Below are positions 13,535 through 24,417 of a stretch of 64,000 nucleotides of DNA, piece after piece. This DNA is from Dimorphilus gyrociliatus. Taxonomy: Eukaryota; Animalia; Annelida. The notes beneath the pieces were generated by a model. That model had not been told where the DNA came from. It worked only from the letters and a program-made list of their open reading frames with translations, and searched no databases. Every line of letters starts with the position of its first letter. The first letter of the stretch is position 1. The DNA lies in assembly GCA_904063045.1 (NCBI GenBank), contig CAJFCJ010000003.1, positions 992,001 to 1,056,000 of the forward strand, given 5' to 3'. The position numbers and the translations under genes were made by a program.

Positions 13535-15471
13535 ATGAAAATTCTATTGATTTTCTCAGGTTTTGTACATTTAGTTGTAAATTGAATATTAATTTAATGT
13601 TTTTTTTTATTGTAGTTCTCTTATTTGTTGGACAAGCTCTTTCCAACTATGTTTGTCCTCGTGACGAATATTTGAAACCTGTTGATGGCGCGTTTGCTGA
13701 TCCTAATAATTGTGGAATCTTTTATCATTGTACAAACGGTACTGCCTACGCTCAACAATGCCCACCTGGTTTACATTTTACAATATTGAGAAAAAATTGT
13801 CAATTCTTTACTTGTGTTGATCCAAAAGATGCCGATTGCCCTGGAAACAATTCCGTAAACGATGCAGAGTTTAGACCATGTTCTGAAAGTACACCGGTCG
13901 CCCTCAATTCGGATCAAGCTTGTTACAGCAAGGATAATGAATGTCAAATCACAGTGAATGGAACTTTTCCGAATAAGAAAGATTGTAGACAATACTATCA
14001 TTGCGTAAATGGAATCGCTTGGCCTCAACAATGTCCCAATGGACACTACTTCAGTCCATCATTAAATGTAAGAGATTGTAATTCAAAGTTATGCGTTCCA
14101 CTGGAAGAAGCACAGTGCAGCATTAACGGTAATTGGTCAACTTGGTCTGAATGGGAACAATGCGAGCCATCATGTGGTGATGGTATTAGCATACGTCGAC
14201 GAAGCTGCACCAATCCTCCTCCTTCTAATGGAGGAGCAAACTGTGAAGGTAGCGAATACGACATCAAACCCTGTATTAGTGAACCTTGTAGACTCTTGTC
14301 TCAGCCATCTTTTATGGTTGCCCAAAGAAATCTTGACACATATTCACAGGGAATCATTCGTTGGAGTAAAGTATGGTATAATTTTCAAGATCTCTTTGAT
14401 CCCGAAAAGAATAGCTTAAATATTTCTGAGAGCGGGTTTTATATTTTATCATTGTCTGCCGCTTTAGCTTCACGCCAAGGAATTACATTTAGACAAACAA
14501 CCCCTCAAAATAATGGTCTATATAGGAGAGCTGATGGAAATAATATTTATGAAGAGGATATGATATCTCAAACAGGAATTCATTTTTTAACCCGACTTAG
14601 CTCACCATTAATTCGTCAAACTTCTTCTTCAACTCGCCTATTCAGCTCTTTAAATGGTAGAGAAACATCTTGGTCCGGTTTTAAATATGAATCAAATAAC
14701 GTTCTCTATGCGGGTACTCTTAGTTCCATAATCTATCCTTCAAAGTTACGTTTGGAGAGAATTGCCACAATTAGGGGCTTTTCCCAATCTGATAATAAGG
14801 AAGACTTTAAAACGTCAGAGGGTGGTTGGTATTACATTAATTTTGGAGTGGGTTTCTATCAAAATCGAATGGCCCAAATTGCTCTTCAAATTAACAATGA
14901 AGTTCAATTTAAGAAGACATTAATAAGATCACATACCAGTTACTCGACCCGTGACCAAGGATCTAGAGGATTAGTTGTAAGACTAAATTCATCGGATACC
15001 ATTGGTTTACGTTTCATCAGCGGTGTTATTTATTCCGGAAATAGCCTAGTAACATATCTAACAGCTTGCAAACTAAATAGTTCAGATGGCTCTCCTCTAT
15101 TATACGCCTATAGAAAAAATGACTTTTCGTCATCCCAATTCTCATCATTAACCTATAATACTACTGTTATTGATACTACAAATTCGTGGAATGGTGAATA
15201 TTATACCGCAAATATATCAGGCTTGTATCATGTCGATATCTCTATTGGTCTTCAGTCGAGAAAAGATGCTCATTTAAGAATATATGTAGACAATGAAGAA
15301 GTTTTATCACTCCTTCGTTATTCAAGGCTTCATTCAGGTATCGATACAATATCTAGAACAGGACTAGTTAAATTGAAAAGAGGCTCTAAATTGCAAATAA
15401 AAGCAAATGGTGATTTAGCAAGTGATAATAAAGAATTAATATCGATAACTATATTTCTAATATCGCAATGA
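13535..15471 (+). CDS. Copy A: secreted 2xCBM14 - TSP1 - 3x gC1q protein, 626 aa; join(13535..13559,13616..15471)
   Basis: Spliced signal peptide MKILLIFS|VLLFVGQALS with a 56-nt phase-1 intron. Two peritrophin-A-like Cys domains (C..FYHC..QQCPPGLHF), a TSP1 repeat (WSTWSEWEQCEPSCGDG..RRRSC), and three C1q-like segments (PSFMV..GFYILSL; GWYYINFG..SRGLVVRL; GLYHVDISI..SRTGLVKL). TATATAAA at 13456. Confidence 0.9.
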
Positions 15472-15799
15472 ATATCCTAATATAAATATATAATAAATGA
15501 TAATATAATCTTAATATACTCTGTTAAAATAGTTTATTATTTAGTTATTAAACGTTAAAAAAGCCTATTCTACTTTTCCATACTACTGGAGTTTGAATAA
15601 TAAATACCCAATCTCTATTTTAAATAACAATGAAAATACAATTGTTACGTTTTCAGAGTCTGAGCTACTATTATAGTTTTCTTCAAAGACGTTAAACGGA
15701 GTATGAAAATATTCAAATACTCTTCATTTTGCTATAACATAATTTGATAGATAATTCTTTTTCTGTTACCCTTCATATATCAACTGTGTTTGTATATAC

Positions 15800-16420
15800 C
15801 TATACATCCTTTCAAATAGGTTCATAGATTTTCAATGGGATTTAGACCAAAACTCTGGGCTGGCTAATCTCGCAGGTATTTTTTCTTGTTTTTCCTTAAG
15901 TATTACAGGATACTTTTTAAAGTATGGCATGTTGCTTCATCTTGAACTAGCACACACTATCTTTTACAATATGATCTCTGATAAATCTCCTGATATTTTG
16001 AGAAACTAAGGTTGCTTTTATACAAATCCCCCCTCTTCTACCATCATTTTTTATGGAACCCCATCTTTATAGATATGTATAGAGAAGCATTTGCCTCTCA
16101 TGCATACTCAAATAGAAGAGCCTTTTTGGAAACGTTTTCCTATTAAGGAAATGTTTTTTTTTCAAAAGAGGTTTTTAGCTGCCACATAGCCTCTTAAGTC
16201 ATCTTTCCTTAATATCCTATTGACGATGGAAGTGAAATCCAAAGTGAGATGCCACCAAAACTCATTTCGTGAACCAGAAGGGGGTTTCTTTTGGATATTA
16301 GGCACAATTTTCTTTCGTGCCACTTACTTAACTTGAGAACCTTGAGTGTTATCGGAAGATTTTCTATAGTGAAAAACTTCTGAAACTTTTCCAAATCTTT
16401 TCAGCACACCTCAGCAATTT
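15800..16420 (-). mobile_element. Decayed Tc1/mariner (IS630-Tc1) transposase remnant
   Basis: Minus-strand translation across stops and frameshifts gives, in the correct order, KLSKWHERKL..KRNP, IVNRILRKDDLRGYVAAK, WGSI..KYQEI, VQDEATCHT and *PAQSFGLNPIENL*TYLK. These match Tc1 motifs (LRG..AAKKP, VWG, QDNAPCH, WPxQSPDLNPIENLW). No terminal inverted repeats identified. Confidence 0.8.
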
Positions 16421-17256
16421 AATTTAAAGATATCCCTTCTTTAATGCTATCAAATAACGAATTGCTTTATTAAAAAAACTGTTTTGACAAGGTAAATAGT
16501 ATCTAAAACGGAATGGATAGAGCGCTTTCCATCCTACTTTTTACCTTATATAACAAGTCTTATCCATCGAATTAGCATAATCTAATTTATAATGTAAATT
16601 TAATGCTCTTATCATAAGATCTTACTTAATAAAACACGTTGATATTAATGCGCCTTATAGATAAATATCGAAAGTATAAAATCAGCAGAGTCCAACGTTC
16701 TATTAAATTTATAAATCTGTTGCAAAATTTTCTAATTCTTATTAAATCAACCACTGCAGCAATGAAAATAGCATATTATGAAAGATGTCCTGTAAAATTT
16801 GTATAGCCAATCATGAAGCAAATATTTATTATTAGATGGATAATCAAAATTGATTAGTCAGCAATAAAATGATAATATATGAAGTATAAGGAAAGAAAGA
16901 TGAACAATTGAACAATTACACTGGAAAGTGTATATGTAAAAAGACCTAAAAAGAGGATTAATCATACGGTGAAGAACTAGAACTACTAAGATAAATAAAA
17001 CACTTTTACCGTTTTTAAAAACAAGACTATCAATTGATAAACACTCTCACATGTAATTTAGAAACTGAATAAAAATCAGAAAATTCAAGCCTCACTGCTT
17101 AATTAGCATAAAAACGTATTACATTCTTATTAATATTCATAATTTTCTACCTGATCTTCATACTTTTTCTAAAATAGTATTTCTCTTGATCGATATTACA
17201 TATTAAGAAATATTCAAGTGTAGTACAGTTACGTACATTTCTCTTTAGAAGTTGCA

Positions 17257-17288
17257 TTATCTGCCTTATCGCTGCTATTTTATGATAA
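17257..17288. promoter_or_regulatory. Three GATAA cores upstream of copy B (mirrored upstream of D)
   Basis: TTATCT 17257, CTTATC 17265 and TGATAA 17283, about 80-110 bp upstream of TATAAA at 17367. The AT-rich background lowers significance. Confidence 0.35.
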
Positions 17289-17293
17289 CCTAA

Positions 17294-17299
<6 letters not shown>

Positions 17300-17335
<36 letters not shown>
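17300..17335. repeat. (AT)18 in the copy B promoter
   Basis: Seen directly; ends ~30 bp before the TATA box. Confidence 0.95.
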
Positions 17336-17338
<3 letters not shown>

Positions 17339-17401
17339 TCTGACAATCAACTACTCCGAAACATTTTATAAAGTGAGCTAAAAGAAGTAAAGACAAAAAA
17401 A

Positions 17402-19387
17402 ATGAAAATTCTTCTTTTAACCATTTTCGGTAAAGTATTTAATTAAATAAACATATGAACAATATTATCTAATAAAAAGTTAATGCTTATTCAATGTGTC
17501 TTTTTTATAACAGCGTTCCTTTCAATCGGTTTCTCTATTCAATTTCAATGTCCGTTAAATTCGGATTTACAACCAATTGATGGAGCATTTGCCGACCCAG
17601 AATTTTGTGGTGTATACTATCATTGTATAAGCGGTACTCCTTTCCCTCAACAATGCCCTCCAGGACTCTTTTTCACCGTTTCTCTAACCAACTGTGAATA
17701 CTCAACTTGTGTAGAACCTGAAGAAGCTGAATGTCCAGGTGGAAATTCTACACTTATCGTTAAGAATCAAGATTTTCGTCAATGTTCTACTGAACCTGAC
17801 GAGGTGATGTCTTTTGAAGAACCATGTTATATGAAGAATTCGGATTGTGATGGAAAAATGAATGGAACATATCCAAACAATAATGATTGTAGACAATATT
17901 ATCATTGTTATAATGGTCTTTCTTGGCCTCAGCAATGTCCAGATGGATATTTTTTCAGTCCATCATTAAATGTTCGAGATTGTACTACGAAAATGTGTGT
18001 AACAATTGAAGAATCCGAGTGTCCAATGCCAGGAGGATGGTCTGAATGGTCAAGTTGGTCGGATTGTGATCCATCCTGCGGTGATGGTCTTCGAACTCGT
18101 ACAAGGAGTTGTACAAATCCGCCACCAATGAATGGAGGCGAAGATTGTCCTGGAAATTCAGTTGATATAGATTTGTGCTTTAATCCACCTTGCGGTGTAG
18201 TCAAAGAGCCAGCATTTATGGTATCAATGACAAGTCTTGTATCTCTTTCTCGTGGTACTGTCAAGTGGCATCGAATAAATATTAATAATGGCAATCTTTT
18301 TAATGCTACAACAAATTCATTAAATGTTAAAGATAGAGGATTTTTCTTCAGTTCTATAACAGCAACGACACAAAGTTTAGGAGGTGTGTATTTTGTAGAC
18401 GAAGGATCGGGCATTTCTTCTGCTTTATACAAAAGAAAAGATCGTATTGATCTGCGAAATTCTGAAACGTTATCCAAATCGGGCACCTACTTTTTCTCAT
18501 CTCCTTCAAATAAAAAATATTTTCACGAAAATTCAGCCGCCAGTGTAGTTGGATCGGTATCAAGCAGTGATACAGCATGGACAGCATTCCGATATGAAAC
18601 AAATAATGCATTTTTTGTTTCAACAACTTCAGCATTTTTTGGGACTGAAAGAATGATACCATTCAATAGAATAGTATCGCTTCGTGGCTTTGCTATGGAT
18701 CCAAATAGACAACGATTAACTGTCTCAACTAAAGGTTGGTATTTTATAAATATTGGACTTGGATTTGAATCTAGGAGGGCCGCAAAAGCATCTTTTGTTA
18801 TTAATGATCTCAATAACAAACCCGGTTGTGAGATAGGGAGAAGTGATACTAGATATGTTGGTAACAATCAGGCATCAAGAGGATTTATAGTAGAACTAAA
18901 TCCTGATGATAAAATTGGTTTGAAGTTAATAGAAGGACGAGTGAGATCACTTCTTTTTTATACTTATATGACTGGATTTAAACTAAACGCAACTAGTGAT
19001 AGTCCCGCATTTTACGCTTATAGTAGTGTTAGTCAAAGTATAACAACGAGAAGGAAACTAGCATTTGACACAGTCGTTTTAGATGTGTCATCAGGATGGA
19101 GTACAATTGATAATACATACAAAGTGGCTGTATCAGGTCTCTACTATATTGAAATATCAGTGGGTGTGTTTCCTCAAAGTCAATCCGTTGTCGAAGTTGT
19201 GGTTAATAATGATGTAAAGTTGGGAATGCGTTATTTATCAACTGCACATAACGCGTATGATGTAAAAAGTAGAGGAGGTTTGCTTCAAGTTCAAGAAGGC
19301 GATTCAATTTCTATTGAAACTTCAAATCCCGCTTATAGTGATGAATTAAAATTGACTTCATTCACTTTGTTGTACGTTTCACCATAA
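17402..19387 (+). CDS. Copy B: secreted 2xCBM14 - TSP1 - 3x gC1q protein, 633 aa; join(17402..17429,17514..19387)
   Basis: Signal peptide MKILLLTIF|AFLSIGFS with an 84-nt phase-1 GTAAAG..CAG intron. Same domain order as copy A. TATAAA at 17367. Confidence 0.92.
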
Positions 19388-19696
19388 TATATAATCTGCT
19401 TAGGTCGTCATATTAAGTTGTGTATTATTTGATATTGTCAGATTCAAATTATTTAATTCATTATCTGAATCAATTGTATGTTTTGTTCGTAAAGATGTCG
19501 ATTCTAAAGGAAATTGAGATGTGGAAATTTTCTATTATCGCTTGATAACATACACTCTTTTTTGAACTATAGAAACTTTTAAACTATTTAATAGAATGCT
19601 CTCAGTATTATTGAAATTCTTCTATTTAACCAAAGTTGAGATGAAACCTTTTGATATAAGGACTATAAACTTTCGAAATACTGGAAATTTAAGAAA

Positions 19697-20525
19697 AGAA
19701 TTAACTTTAACGAATGCAATTTATTCAATGCTACGAGGAACTCAATCATTTTTAGAGATATAGAATTCTACTTTATGTGTCTTTCAAGAACAAACACAGG
19801 TGGAGGATATCTATATTTTACAGCAAATCAATCCTTTTCATATGGACTTACGAAACCAACAATGCTTTTTTTGTTGCTAGGACTTCGGGACAAGAGATTC
19901 CAGTCCTGCTTTCTTTTAGTCAAATTATAGCTCTTCGTAGTCTTAGTATTGATTGTAATCGACAGATGTTAACCGTCTGGACTAAAGGCTGGTACTCTAT
20001 AAGTATTGGAGTTGGATTTGTAACTAGAAGATTAACTAAACTTAGCATGGTGATTAATAATAATACTAGCAGGCCAGAATATGATTTAGGTATAGATTAT
20101 ACGAATCCAAGTAGCTATACTCAAGCATCCAGAGGATTCATTGTTGAGTTAGAGAGTTCTGACAAAATTGGTTTGAAATTGCTTGAGGGTCAAATAAGGT
20201 CACAGCATTTGTACATATATCTAACCGGATTCAAGCTAAATGCTACCAGTGACAGTCCTACATTTTATGCATACAGTAGCGTTAGTCAAACCATAACATC
20301 CAGAGGGCAAATAGCATATGATACAGTTGTCTTAGATACAACTTCATCATAGAGTTCAATAGATAATATATATAAAGTTGCTATATGAGGTCTCTACTAT
20401 ATTGATATGTCTGAAGGCATTATTCCCGGAACTCAATCAGTAGTAACTGTTTTGGTGAACAATTCTGTGAAAATGAGAATGCGTTTTTTGGAAACAGGAC
20501 AACGGTCTTATGGTATGCAGAGCAC
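19697..20525 (+). pseudogene. 5'-truncated pseudogene containing only C1q-domain sequence of the same family
   Basis: Begins RINFNECNLFNATRNS (cf. B RININNGNLFNATTNS). An internal deletion with frameshift near 19845 jumps to YETNNAFF..GWYSISIG..ASRGFIVEL. Premature stops at TAG 20350-20352 (W in B) and TGA ~20386 (S in B). Homology fades near 20525. No signal peptide, CBM14 or TSP1. Confidence 0.9.
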
Positions 20526-21033
20526 CTGTTTATCTTATGATTTTTAACTTATAGTATTTTTTGAACTTTTTTCTATAGATTAATAATACAAAGTATGGAA
20601 TTAACTTTCATTCAAGATTAATAATAAATCATACGATGTTATATATAGAAAATAGCTCGTATCATTTTAAGTGTAAAAGAATACACAAAAAGAACCATTT
20701 CTTGACCTTTTTCATATGATATATCATCAATCAATCTAGTTTATAATTAATTATCGTTAAAACTAATAACTTTCAAGAATTGTTGCGTAATTGAGAAATT
20801 TCTTTTGTTTATTAGTAGATAATTATAATATATTCATAATAAGCAAACATCTTAAATTTGATAATTATTTGTTTGGTAAAAGAAAACGCACACATTCATT
20901 AATATCATTATCTTTACGATAGTGTAGATATGATTTAAGATTCAGTAGTGTTTTTCGTAGACGGACTTGATAAGATTTAAATGATGTTTAATTGTTACAA
21001 AGAAGTAATTCAAACGATTTACAACAAACTATT

Positions 21034-23012
21034 TTAAGAAGAAATGTAAAACAAAGTGAATGATGTCAATTTTAATTCATCACTATAAGCGGGATTTGAA
21101 GTTTCAATAGAAATTGAATCGCCTTCTTGAACTTGAAGCAAACCTCCTCTACTTTTTACATCATACGCGTTATGTGTAGTTGATAAATAACGCATTCCCA
21201 ACATTACATCATTATTAACCACAACTTCGACAACGGATTGACTTTGAGGAAACACACCCACTGATATTTCAATATAGTAGAGACCTGATACAGCCACTTT
21301 GTATGTATTATCAATTGTACTCCATCCTGATGACACATCTAAAACGACTGTGTCAAATGCTAGTTTCCTTCTCGTTGTTATACTTTGACTAACGCTACTG
21401 TATGAAAAGAATGCAGGTTTATCGCTTGTGGCAGTTATCTTAAATCCGGTCATATATGTTAAAGCCCCTGAATTCGATCTACTTGTTCCATCAATTAGTT
21501 TTACGCCTATTTGATCATTAGCATTCAGTCGAACAATGAATCCTCTGGAACCTTGAGATTCACCAACGTAATTGCTGCTTTTTCTGCCGAGGCTGTACTC
21601 TGGTCTAGTAGCATGATCATTAATAACAAAAGACAATAATCCAGGTGAACGTGATGAAAATCCACTGCCCAAATTTACAAAATACCAACCATCCGTTGAG
21701 ACAGTTAATCTTTCAGGAGATTGTCTTGCTAAACCACGTAATGTTAATACGCTATTAAATGCTATAAGTTTTTCTCTACCCAAAATTGACGTAGTGCTGG
21801 CTACATAGAAAACATTGTTTGTTTCATATCGAAAACCTGTCCATGAGGTTTCACTACCTTCAGGTGATCCAGTTATTAAAGAAAATCTAATTGCATCATA
21901 TCTTGGTGAATTTATGGTTGTATACAATTTTGTTCCTGCCCTGGTTAAGGATTCTGAATATGCGGCAGTAGAATCCCTTGTGAATCTATGAAGAAAGTGA
22001 CTTACAGCTGATCCTCTTGATGAAACCTGAAATGAGGTTGTCCTTCTTATTGAAAATGTCAGTGAACCATAGTAAAACCCGGTTTCATTAATTCTCAAAG
22101 AATTTGTGAGAATATTAAAAACATTACCACGATTGTGATTAATTCTCTGCCATCTAATTATTCCTGCACGTATTACATCGTCCGATCTCATTGATACCAT
22201 AAATGCTGGCTCTTTGACTACACCGCAAGGTGGATTAAAGCACAAATCTATATCAACTGAATTTCCGGGACAATCTTCGCCTCCATTCATTGGTGGCGGA
22301 TTTGTACAACTCCTTGTACGAGTTCGAAGACCATCACCGCAGGATGGATCACAATCCGACCAACTTGACCATTCAGACCATCCTCCTGGCATTGGACACT
22401 CGGATTCTTCAATTGTTACACACATTTTCGTAGTACAATCTCGAACATTTAATGATGGACTGAAAAAATATCCATCTGGACATTGCTGAGGCCAAGAAAG
22501 ACCATTATAACAATGATAATATTGTCTACAATCATTATTGTTTGGATATGTTCCATTCATTTTTCCATCACAATCCGAATTCTTCATATAACATGGTTCT
22601 TCAAAAGACATCACCTCGTCAGGTTCAGTAGAACATTGACGAAAATCTTGATTCTTAACGATAAGTGTAGAATTTCCACCTGGACATTCAGCTTCTTCAG
22701 GTTCTACACAAGTTGAGTATTCACAGTTGGTTAGAGAAACGGTGAAAAAGAGTCCTGGAGGGCATTGTTGAGGGAAAGGAGTACCGCTTATACAATGATA
22801 GTATACACCACAAAATTCTGGGTCGGCAAATGCTCCATCAATTGGTTGTAAGTTTGAATTTAATGGACATTGAAATTGAATGGTTAAGGTAAATGAAAGA
22901 ATTACTGCACAAGAAAAATAATATAAAGATTAAATACAAAATGAATGAAAATATTTCTAGTTTGTTTTGAACGCGAATTCATACCTGAGATGAATAGAAA
23001 CAGATTCTTCAT
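21034..23012 (-). CDS. Copy C (mosaic): secreted 2xCBM14 - TSP1 - 3x gC1q protein, 632 aa; complement(join(21034..22904,22985..23012))
   Basis: Signal peptide MKNLFLFIS|VILSFTLT with an 80-nt phase-1 GTATG..CAG intron. The frame is open upstream of the track's GTG start at 22614. TATATAA at 23047..23053. Confidence 0.92.
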
Positions 23013-24417
23013 GGCGTTTATTACAGTTCACTTAGTTGTACTGTTCTTATATAGCTATTTTATCTGTTGGTAATGATTAGTAAACTTTTTTATCTTTGAC
23101 TACAGTATATAGTTAATAGAATGATATTATATATCTTTGAGGTCGTAGCCTTAATAAAGCTTATCCTTAAGTAATATTTTTCCATTTATCGTATATAAAG
23201 CCACTTAAATTGTTATTTTAACAATGTTGGTAGTTTTTGTTTTTGAATAATTATTTTTCAGGATGTGTTAAGAAATTTGCAACAATTTGTCAAGTGTGTT
23301 TGCTTAGCTGTGTGGTTTTTTCTAGAAGTAAGGTTGTTGACATGTAGTCATTCTGTACCTCTTATCACGTGTTATAGAGTTCCTCTCTCCTTTAGATTAT
23401 AATATAATAAATATAAAACTCAGTGATTAGCATTATTACTTAAGATTAGACGAAGAACTTATCTATTTCACAAGTTTCTGTACCAATTTCTGACACAAAA
23501 AATGTCATTTTATAGTTACATTTTCTTTTAATCTAATCAAAATTAAAAGTCAAGTCATTCAGGAAGGCATCTCTTGCTTTTTTTTGTAATTAACAATTAA
23601 CCAGAATTTTAAGTTTTCAATATAATAAATTACCAGTTTAACTTTAATTACCGGCCAAATGAATTGATTTCTAAGCAAAAAACTTAATTTTATCCAAATA
23701 GTTGGTCTAATAATACCCTTTTCCTAACTGTTTTTTCAAGTAGTCACGTTTAAATAAAACATCTCCTTTTAGAGAAGGGTTAGTATCATTTCCAAATCTT
23801 CTTCAATTTATATTTTGTCCTATCTATTTACTATACTTTTCAGTAAGGATTTAAAATCATTATCTAAACTTTCTTTACTTTTTAGATAGTAATTTAAATG
23901 TCTGTTACATCTTCTTCAATTACATAAATTTGTACTATAGTGTTCGGAACCAGAAAAAAAATTACACATTACGTTTTGTTCCCTTTTCATTATATTAACA
24001 TGACAATAGGCATCTAGGGCAGCAAGCTCTTTTTAGTTGTCTTAAATTGACCTACCAAAATAGTGCAGTAGTTCAAAATGACAGTTGTAGTTGTGGCGAT
24101 GAAAAAGCATTTCAGTTTTCAGTATTTCGGAAGTATATAGTCCTTATATCAAAAGGTTTCATTTCTCCACTTTGGTTAAATAGAAGAATTTCAATAATAC
24201 TGAGAGCATTCTATTAAATAGTTTAAAAGTTTCTATAGTTCAAAAAAGAGTGTATGTTATCAAGCGATAATAGAAAATTTCCACATCTCAATTTCCTTTA
24301 GAATCGACATCTTTACGAACAAAACATACAATTGATTCAGATAATGAATTAAATAATTTGAATCTGACAATATCAAATAATACACAACTTAATATGACGA
24401 CCTAAGCAGATTATATA

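Larger units (their letters stand above)
17198..19685 (+). repeat. Left arm of a ~2.49 kb inverted segmental repeat (partner 24117..26603)
   Basis: The reverse complement of 24117..26603 aligns from ACATATTAAGAAATATTCAAGTG through promoter, gene and 3' flank to GAAATACTG; ~99% identical by manual comparison. Confidence 0.95.
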
